Positions 48,528 through 55,858 of a stretch of 64,000 nucleotides of DNA are shown here, piece by piece (within the stretch, counting starts at the first letter, position 1; the number at the start of each line of letters is the position of its first letter). The notes beneath the pieces were generated by a model. The model searched no databases. It was not told where the DNA came from and saw only the letters and a program-made list of their open reading frames with translations. This DNA is from an uncultured Candidatus Sumerlaeota bacterium (GTDB lineage Bacteria > Sumerlaeota > Sumerlaeia > UBA8349). The position numbers and the translations under genes were made by a program. The DNA lies in assembly GCA_964462565.1 (NCBI GenBank), contig CAYWYC010000001.1, forward strand, positions 5,738 to 69,737, read 5' to 3'.

Positions 48528-49124
48528 TTATGCTTCTTCCTTCGGCATTTTGCCCTTGGCTTCCGGAATACGCGGAATATAGGGATCGTTCGCCGGTACG
48601 CGCCGGAAAGCGTCGGCCGGACAATTGACCGCAATATTGCACTCGTTGCAGTTCACGCAGAGCCCGTGATTCACCTGCAGGTAAAGCGAGCCATTGCCAA
48701 ACTGGGTGCAACCCTTGACGCATTTGCCACAGGCATTGCAACGATCCTCATCCACATTGTACTCAAAATAAGGATCTTCCGCAAAACGACGATCCAAAGC
48801 ATTGACCGGGCACAGCTGGTTTTCCGCCGCTTCCGTCAGGGCGTTGGGTTCGGCTTCAAAAAATCCCGTGCACAGGTCACAATAGCCGCACATGGGAAAG
48901 TAATGAAAGCACTTCACCGCGCTTTGGTCCAGAACGCAATGGGTGGCGCACTGACCGCACTGGCTGCACTTGTCCGGATCAATCTGCCAGACGGTCCCTT
49001 CCTTGGAGCCCTGGGCAATGCCTTTCATGGTCAGCCCGATTGCCGTGCCGCCCAGAATCAGGCCACCGGCGGTTCGTCCGCAAAGGGTGAGGAAATTCTT
49101 TCTGCTTATTTTTTTGTCACTCAT
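48528..49124 (-). CDS. Tat-exported periplasmic 4x[4Fe-4S] ferredoxin, NapG/MauM-like
   Basis: SRKNFLTLCGRTAGG twin-arginine-like leader. Four Cys clusters (CSQCGQCATHC, CGYCDLC, CNACGKCVKGC, CVNCNECNIAVNCP). Confidence 0.75.
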   Translation of the reverse strand: MSDKKISRKNFLTLCGRTAGGLILGGTAIGLTMKGIAQGSKEGTVWQIDPDKCSQCGQCATHCVLDQSAVKCFHYFPMCGYCDLCTGFFEAEPNALTEAAENQLCPVNALDRRFAEDPYFEYNVDEDRCNACGKCVKGCTQFGNGSLYLQVNHGLCVNCNECNIAVNCPADAFRRVPANDPYIPRIPEAKGKMPKEEA

Positions 49125-50032
49125 TTTGATGCTCCATTTTCCTTTATGTTGAAGAATCGAACCTTGTTCTGAAAACTGTCAAGCAGAACGATGCGGTCGT
49201 CCTTGTCCACAGCCAGGTCCATTCCTTCAGTGCTTGGGTTGAAATTTTCTTTGCCGCCCAAAAAGGCCAGCATTTCTCCATCGGTGCTATAGATTTTCAG
49301 GCGGGGAATGCCCTTTTCGGCAGTGATAACCCTTCCATCATCCATAACATACAGATTGCAGGGATTGCAGCAGCCGCAAAATCCCTCGGCATTGCTTCCG
49401 AATTGGCCCCAGTTTTTGGTCAATTCATGATTGGCGTCATAATATTCCACACGATGCTTGCCCGTGTGTCCCAAAACCAGCATCCCCTTGGAGTCAAAGA
49501 CCAGATCAAAATAGGGGCTGGGAATCAAAAAGCCATCGATATAATCCACATAATCGCCCACAGTGGCAAAGCGCGACACCCGTCGGCTGCCCGCGTCGGC
49601 AATATAAATGAATCCATTTTTCAGGGCCAGGCCGGTGATAAAGAGAAACTGGCCGGGATCGCGTCCCTTCTCACCATAGGCGGTTTCCTTGTTGCCGTCC
49701 TTGTCATAAACATTCACCTGCCAACGACTGGCGGCATAAACCTTGCCATCATCACCAACGGCGATAGCCGTATAGGGGGATTCCGAATCGATCTTGCCGG
49801 TCCGTTCGCCATCGGCATTGAAAATATGTACTCCCTTGCTGCCGGCCACATAGATTTTCTGATCGGGACCAATGGCGATGGATTTCACCATATCCATTTC
49901 CACCTCGAAAGCGGCATCCTTGTCCTCGACCAGTTCATATTCCAGATTGCCTTCGTCCGCCGCCCAAACAGAGGGGGCAGCAAGACATACCAGCAAAAGG
50001 ATGGTTAATATACAAAGCGTTGCTTTTTTCAT
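49121..50032 (-). CDS. secreted NHL-repeat six-bladed beta-propeller protein containing an FCGCCNPCN cysteine cluster
   Basis: Cleavable signal peptide (LLLVCLAAPSVWAAD). Repeated GxxGxxPGQFxxPxGLAxxxNGxIYIADxGxxRVxxF NHL-type units. The unusual Cys cluster sits in blade 5. Confidence 0.7.
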   Translation of the reverse strand: MKKATLCILTILLLVCLAAPSVWAADEGNLEYELVEDKDAAFEVEMDMVKSIAIGPDQKIYVAGSKGVHIFNADGERTGKIDSESPYTAIAVGDDGKVYAASRWQVNVYDKDGNKETAYGEKGRDPGQFLFITGLALKNGFIYIADAGSRRVSRFATVGDYVDYIDGFLIPSPYFDLVFDSKGMLVLGHTGKHRVEYYDANHELTKNWGQFGSNAEGFCGCCNPCNLYVMDDGRVITAEKGIPRLKIYSTDGEMLAFLGGKENFNPSTEGMDLAVDKDDRIVLLDSFQNKVRFFNIKENGASK

Positions 50033-50040
50033 ATTTTACC

Positions 50041-51489
50041 TCATTTCCTCAGGTCCACGCAGACCATCTCGGTCATGTCGCGCAGGAGTAGCAGGCCATC
50101 GGCGTAAGCCATGGGAGCCCAGGCGTCATGGCCATCAAGCAGGTCGAACCGGTCCAATTCCCGATATTCTTCAGGTGTCGCTTCCACGATATGCAGCGCG
50201 CCTTCCCGGTCGTCAAGCACATAAAATAACTCACCCACAAGCAGATAGGGCCCCAGGCCAAATCGCGTTCGGCCACTGGACCAGGCCCATTCGCCGGTGT
50301 CCGGCTTCAGGCAAACCATTTCGGCCGGTTTGGGCTTCACGCCATAAATATGGCCCTTATAAAAAATGGGAGTCTGCTGATCGGAGCCAAACTCCTGGGC
50401 CTTCAACGCGTAAAGTTCTTCCACGCCAATCGTGCCGTCGCCCTGTTCAACCAATTTCACCATCATCGAACCCGCATTGTAGCCGCCGCTGAAAAAGATG
50501 CGCCCGTCATCCGGTCCCAGATATACCGGCGAAGGCACGTTGGCGATACCGATCTTCCATTCCGGCTTGGTCCACAGCAGTTCATGGTCTTCGGCGGAGA
50601 TGGAAACCACGCCCTGACCGGTGCAATAAACAAACTGCTTTTCGCCGGCGAATTCAATCGGCAGGATCGACGAGTGCGTCATGCCCATGTTGTCCAGTTC
50701 CGGCGCCGTCCGCCAGACCTCTTCACCCGTTTCCAGATCCAGAGCCAGCATAAGCGGCTTGGTACCGGGGGCAATGACGACGGTATCGCCTTCAATGACC
50801 GGACACTGCCCGGCATACCACGGCGGCACGGTGCATTGATATTCCTCAACCATGTTGATAGACCACTTCTTCTCACCGGTCTTCGCGTCCAGACAAACCA
50901 GATGCAGTTTGGGTCCGAGAGACACCACATAATCATCGGTAACGGCGGGGATAGTCCGCGACATACCATGGTTGCGCTTGATGCTGACCGAATAGGTGAA
51001 TCGCCAGATTTCCTCGCCCGTTTTCAGGTTCAGGCAGCGGATGGCGTCCTCTTCCTTTTCACGGTCATAGTCGGTCACGTAAGCCATTCCATTAAGAATC
51101 GCCGCACCGGCGTGGCCTTCGCCCATTTCCACGCGCCAGAGCACGGGAGGCCCCTCTTCGGGCCAGTCGCGGGCCAGTTCACCACCAGAATCGGCGATGT
51201 TTTCCAGTTGCGGACCGCGAAACCAGGGCCAGCTGCCCGGCAAATTCGATGCCGTTGCGGTTCCCGGGATTAGCGTCCCGAGGTTCAGGTCTTCCTGGCT
51301 CGATGCACTGGCCGTACGGTCGTAAAAAACCGGTCGCCGGACCATAAATTCCTTTTCACCCACCGGCTCCTGCATGATCCAGTAAAGCCCCAGACCAAAG
51401 CAAATAAGCGCCACGAGGGCGGCGGGAAAGGCCGGGTATTCCATCATAAGACCATACAAACCGTTGGTTGTTTTTTTATCTTCACTCAT
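50041..51489 (-). CDS. membrane-anchored PQQ-type (BamB-like) beta-propeller repeat protein
   Basis: N-terminal signal-anchor FPAALVALICFGLGLYWI, then tandem PQQ-like repeats (LNLKTGEEIWRF, LDAKTGEKKWSI, LDLETGEEVWRT, LKPDTGEWAWSS). Confidence 0.7.
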   Translation of the reverse strand: MSEDKKTTNGLYGLMMEYPAFPAALVALICFGLGLYWIMQEPVGEKEFMVRRPVFYDRTASASSQEDLNLGTLIPGTATASNLPGSWPWFRGPQLENIADSGGELARDWPEEGPPVLWRVEMGEGHAGAAILNGMAYVTDYDREKEEDAIRCLNLKTGEEIWRFTYSVSIKRNHGMSRTIPAVTDDYVVSLGPKLHLVCLDAKTGEKKWSINMVEEYQCTVPPWYAGQCPVIEGDTVVIAPGTKPLMLALDLETGEEVWRTAPELDNMGMTHSSILPIEFAGEKQFVYCTGQGVVSISAEDHELLWTKPEWKIGIANVPSPVYLGPDDGRIFFSGGYNAGSMMVKLVEQGDGTIGVEELYALKAQEFGSDQQTPIFYKGHIYGVKPKPAEMVCLKPDTGEWAWSSGRTRFGLGPYLLVGELFYVLDDREGALHIVEATPEEYRELDRFDLLDGHDAWAPMAYADGLLLLRDMTEMVCVDLRK

Positions 51490-51493
51490 TTTC

Positions 51494-54400
51494 CTACTGC
51501 TCCTCCTTCAAGCCTCGTACCACTGGTGAACGCAGCACACTGAAAGCGCTCAACCAGGTCGTTAATAATCCACAAGCGTAAATTCCCAAAAGAATGACCA
51601 CCAGGCCCTCCCAGGGGATGCGCGCCGAACGCATATAGATAGATGGCGCTATGCTAATTATAGCACAGATCGTCCCAAAACCCATACCCGCGGCAAGCAA
51701 AAACCCATTTTCGGTCATAGCCAGCCACATCCTCTGGCTGAAGCGATAACCCAAGGCACTGAAAAGCGCAAATTCCCGACGACGCTCAATCAGATTGCGC
51801 AGCAGCGCCAGACCTAAACCAATCGTTCCAAGCAGAAGCCCCAAGCCCCCTAAACTCATGAATGTAGAGAGATAGGTATTCTCCACCTGCATCAGGGCGT
51901 TGAGTTTGTCCGGCGCACCGGTCAGGTCCAAGCCGTAATTCGTAAACTCGGCTTCCAAAGCCTGCGAAATGGCGTCCGCCTGATCAAAAGGCGCTTCCAC
52001 CGCAAAGACCGACCAGCCGCTGATCGCCGCATAGGCCGCCTCGAAATTCTTTTCTGAAATCATCAATTCATTTTGCAGCACACTTTTTTGCAGCATGGCG
52101 ATGATCGTTATATCCTTGCCGCCCACTTCGATGGACTTGCCGATCCCCAGATGCAGCAGCCAATAGACGGTCGTATAATCGCCAATGGCCGGAATGCTGC
52201 CATCCTTGAGCGGCTTGTTCAGCAGCGCCCAGGGATTCTCCAGGTCGGCCTCGGAAACGCTTCCTTCCCTGAAGGCCGACGCATCAATCACACCGGAAAA
52301 ATTAAAACCGCCCCGTTCGATAAAAGGATCGCTGACTCCGACAATACGCGGCTCATGGGCAGCATAGAGATTCAGACAGCTGATTTCGTCACCGGGCCGC
52401 AGGCGCATGGTGAAAATTTCCGCATTTTCTTCAACCATTTGCTTTTGGGCATCGTCCTGCCAGTCGCTTTTCAGGGGCGCGCGATGCAGCGGAAATGCCG
52501 ATTCACCGATCAGGGCAAAGCCACCCGTTCCGGAATCCTTCTCTGTCTGCTTGTGGGCCACCTGCCGGTTCGAGCCGACCGCTACAATCAGGAAAGTCGC
52601 GCTTGCTACGAGAGCCGCCACCATCAGGCTGCGTCCGGCCTGGCGCTTGGTATTCGTCGCGCCAAGACGTGCCAAACTCAGTTTTTCCGGCTTCATTCCC
52701 GTCTCACCACCCAGCCAATAGCGGAAAAAGGCAAGTGCGCCAACCAACAGCAAAGCGCCGATGATAAAGAAAAAGGCCGCCTGACTGTGCGCCGGCTGCC
52801 AACTGGCCGGAGCAAGCAGCCCCAGGCCACTGATCACGCAAATAAAGCCGACCCACAAACTGACCCGACGCTTGCCACCCGTCAGGTCCAGCTGCTCCGT
52901 GCGTCCCGCCAGCAGACTGCGTTCGGGAATCTTCACCAGAATTCGTGTGGCGATCCACATGGAAATCATGGCAATAATCCAGCCGCCCACAAAACCGATC
53001 CCCAGACTCACCGGTGTGGCCGCAAATTCCAGAAAGGAGCCGCCGATGGAGCCGACCCACCAGTTGTTAAGCCCATAGACCAGAACAGCCGCATAGCCAA
53101 GCCCCATGATAATCCCAAGAACGCCGCCACCCAGGGCCACAATGCCGCCTTCCGTCAGAAGCAGACGACGGGCGCGCCCACGTCGAAAACCGACCGAAAG
53201 CAAAAGACCCAATTCCCGCGAACGGCTCTCGATACCCAACTTAAAAAGCACTTGCAGCAGCGCCGCCGCCGAAATCAGCAGAAACAGGCTGAATCCGATA
53301 AAAAGCCCGCCAAAGTCGGTGGTACCCGAACTGGCATCGAGTCCCTGCTGCTTTACCGGCTCAAAAACCATCCCCGCCGAAGCAGGCGTAAAGTTTTTTC
53401 GCAAATTCGACCGAATGGCATCGGCATATTGTTTTTCCCAAATAATCGAAGTCAGGTCGCCATAGCGGTTTGCCCACATGTTTTTGGCATCGGTCATCGA
53501 GACAAAGCCCTTGGGCAGGGTCCGGTAATCGTCCCAGTATTTCTCATCCTTTTCCCGAATTCGCCTCAGGTCCAGGGGAAAAGGCGGATCCCAACTGGCC
53601 ACCGTGTCCGCGTCGGAAACCCCCTCGATATGGGGCGTTACCGCGCGATCCAAAAGCGGGGCGTCCATCGGTATAATTTCTTTTAAGGTAAAGTCCGACG
53701 ATTTTTCGACCAGCAAACCACCCTCACCGGTAGCGAAATAGGTCAAAGTCACCGTATCGCCCGGCTTCGCGCCCAGGTCGTCGGCAGCCCACTGGGTCAG
53801 GCTGATCTCCCCTTTTTTCAGGCCGGCCGACTGAATCGAAGCGGCCATGGAATAGGGAATCGACTTGTCCCCGATGGCAATGCCGTTGGCCAGATAAGAC
53901 AGTACGCGGTCGGGATGCAGGCTTTCGCGGGTTTCGGCACGCACGGCCTTGGTCGCGTCGGAGGCCAGATTCTGCTCATAATCCCCCATAAAAACCCGTC
54001 GGCTCTCCAGCACAAAGTAGTCGTCCGTCTCGCGAAGGATAATGCCGGCATTTTCCATGTCGGCATTTTGCACTAAAGCCTCCTGGATAGTCGTATCGGA
54101 ACCGGAAGCAAAGATCGCGTTGACCATGCCTTCCCGCTCCATGCGCGCCTGGATTTCTTCTTTCGGAATAAAGAGGTTCATCGGGCGCTGCTGGCTCGGG
54201 CGCAGGCTGAATCGCCCCAGACTCGAGTCGGGCAAAATCCGCTTCACCGTCTGCCGCATCGTGATTACGGTATCGTCTTTTTCGCCCAGGAAGGTCTCGC
54301 GCGGCACGGCGCTGGGTTTCTGGATGCGCAGAATAACGTCGTCGCCTTCCGACACGCCGATCTCATCGGCCAGCGTCTGGTTGATAACCGCGCTGAAGGC

Positions 54401-54811
54401 GTCAATCTCATCCCAGTTTATGTCAACGTCACCGAATTTCCAGAAATCACCATCCACTCCCAGGACCTGCACCTGACCCGCGCGGGCTTCCGTCGAAGCG
54501 TTCGACACGGTTCCGCGCTGAAAAACCACTCCCCTTGCGGCAATCTCACCGCCGGAAGCATCCTGCTCAATCTTCTCTGTCAGGTTTTCGTTGAAAAAAA
54601 GGTCATAGACCAAAGCATTATCAACATCTCCAAGCGCTTCCAGAACAATAGCTCGAAGGCTGTGGCGCATGGAATCGCCCACCAGGAGCGACCCCGTCAG
54701 CACGGCCACCCCCACGGCAGCCGCCAGCATGACCGACAGTTGAATCCGCCAGTAATTGCGCAGGCTGCGCTTAATAAAGGAGGAGATGGTGAATTGCTTA
54801 ATCGCCATCAC
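51494..54811 (-). CDS. ABC transporter permease with two FtsX domains (MacB/LolE-like, 1105 aa)
   Basis: Two 4-TM FtsX-type modules (around FGGLFIGFSLFLLIS... and TFMSLGGLGLLLGTIGL...), each preceded by a large extracytoplasmic domain. It overlaps the ATPase gene by 14 bp. Confidence 0.8.
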   Translation of the reverse strand: MMAIKQFTISSFIKRSLRNYWRIQLSVMLAAAVGVAVLTGSLLVGDSMRHSLRAIVLEALGDVDNALVYDLFFNENLTEKIEQDASGGEIAARGVVFQRGTVSNASTEARAGQVQVLGVDGDFWKFGDVDINWDEIDAFSAVINQTLADEIGVSEGDDVILRIQKPSAVPRETFLGEKDDTVITMRQTVKRILPDSSLGRFSLRPSQQRPMNLFIPKEEIQARMEREGMVNAIFASGSDTTIQEALVQNADMENAGIILRETDDYFVLESRRVFMGDYEQNLASDATKAVRAETRESLHPDRVLSYLANGIAIGDKSIPYSMAASIQSAGLKKGEISLTQWAADDLGAKPGDTVTLTYFATGEGGLLVEKSSDFTLKEIIPMDAPLLDRAVTPHIEGVSDADTVASWDPPFPLDLRRIREKDEKYWDDYRTLPKGFVSMTDAKNMWANRYGDLTSIIWEKQYADAIRSNLRKNFTPASAGMVFEPVKQQGLDASSGTTDFGGLFIGFSLFLLISAAALLQVLFKLGIESRSRELGLLLSVGFRRGRARRLLLTEGGIVALGGGVLGIIMGLGYAAVLVYGLNNWWVGSIGGSFLEFAATPVSLGIGFVGGWIIAMISMWIATRILVKIPERSLLAGRTEQLDLTGGKRRVSLWVGFICVISGLGLLAPASWQPAHSQAAFFFIIGALLLVGALAFFRYWLGGETGMKPEKLSLARLGATNTKRQAGRSLMVAALVASATFLIVAVGSNRQVAHKQTEKDSGTGGFALIGESAFPLHRAPLKSDWQDDAQKQMVEENAEIFTMRLRPGDEISCLNLYAAHEPRIVGVSDPFIERGGFNFSGVIDASAFREGSVSEADLENPWALLNKPLKDGSIPAIGDYTTVYWLLHLGIGKSIEVGGKDITIIAMLQKSVLQNELMISEKNFEAAYAAISGWSVFAVEAPFDQADAISQALEAEFTNYGLDLTGAPDKLNALMQVENTYLSTFMSLGGLGLLLGTIGLGLALLRNLIERRREFALFSALGYRFSQRMWLAMTENGFLLAAGMGFGTICAIISIAPSIYMRSARIPWEGLVVILLGIYACGLLTTWLSAFSVLRSPVVRGLKEEQ

Positions 54812-55469
54812 GCAAAGTCCCTGATTCCAGTCTCAAAAGCCGGCCAAAACGCCGCGCGAATGCTTCGTTATGGGTGACTGAAATCATCGCCACATCTTCC
54901 GATTCCAGCAGTTCCGTAAAAATCTCGGCAATCGACTCACCCGTTTTCTGGTCCAGATTCCCCGTCGGCTCGTCGCAAAGCAAAATATCCGGCTCGTTCA
55001 TCAAGGAACGGGCAATCGATACCCGCTGCCGCTCTCCACCGGACAGGTCCACCGGCAAATAATCGGTCCGCGGTTCCAGTCCTACCTTTTTCAGCAACAT
55101 GCGGGCGCGGTCCACTTCTGTCGCCCCACACTTTTTGCGCGCCAGGGCCGGTACCAGCACATTTTCCAGCGCTGAACACTGCGGCAGGAGTTGGTGGTCC
55201 TGAAAGATAAAACCCAGACTCTCATTTCGAAAGTCGGCAAGTTGTTTTTTGTTCAGTTGGAAGGGATCACGTCCGGAAAGCAGCACTTCACCCGACGAGG
55301 GTGTGTCCAGCGTCCCCAGAATATGGAGAAGCGTACTCTTGCCGCAGCCGGAAGGCCCCATGATAGAAACGGCCTGCTTCTTCTCAACAAAAAGATCGAC
55401 GCCCTCCAGAACGTGCACTTTGCCTGCCCGGGTGTCGAAATACTTTTTCAGATTCCTGGCTTCAATCAT
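54798..55469 (-). CDS. ABC transporter ATP-binding protein, MacB/LolD-like
   Basis: Walker A GPSGCGKST, signature LSGGERQRVSIARS, Walker B ILLCDEPTGNLD. Length 223 aa. Confidence 0.9.
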   Translation of the reverse strand: MIEARNLKKYFDTRAGKVHVLEGVDLFVEKKQAVSIMGPSGCGKSTLLHILGTLDTPSSGEVLLSGRDPFQLNKKQLADFRNESLGFIFQDHQLLPQCSALENVLVPALARKKCGATEVDRARMLLKKVGLEPRTDYLPVDLSGGERQRVSIARSLMNEPDILLCDEPTGNLDQKTGESIAEIFTELLESEDVAMISVTHNEAFARRFGRLLRLESGTLRDGD

Positions 55470-55858
55470 TTTCGCTGTCCTCTATCCAAGGCAATTGCGA
55501 GCGATCTGGATTGCAATACATAATAGGCACTGCTTTTCCGGGGACATGCCGTATTCCCGGTCAGTAGAGCCTCTATAATTTTCCTTCATCCATTTCGCGC
55601 ACTCAATCACCACATGGGATATTGTACTAAAGGCCAGGCATGAATGCGAGTAAAAAAAGCATATCAACCGCACAAAAGCCCAAAAGCCCATTATTGATCA
55701 CAAAGTCAACGCCTGAACGCAGGAAATACTAATATCAGCTCGCAAAACTAATTTTCAGAAAATACTCACAGCAGATTCCAGAAAACTGATCTTCCCCTTA
55801 TCGGAGCCCCTCGTGCAGTAGTGACCGCAAGCGCCCTTGGGCTTTAATGCTAACACCC

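Noticed and set aside
42655-55469. Considered that the operon is a clade II nitrous-oxide reductase (nos) accessory cluster because of the NosG/NosH-like ferredoxins plus ABC transporter
   Set aside because: There is no NosZ. Neither propeller has a CuA (CxxxCxxxHxxM) or His-rich CuZ motif. There is no NosD beta-helix or NosL. The ABC permease is a double-FtsX MacB type rather than NosY. The resemblance is limited to the NapGH-like pair.
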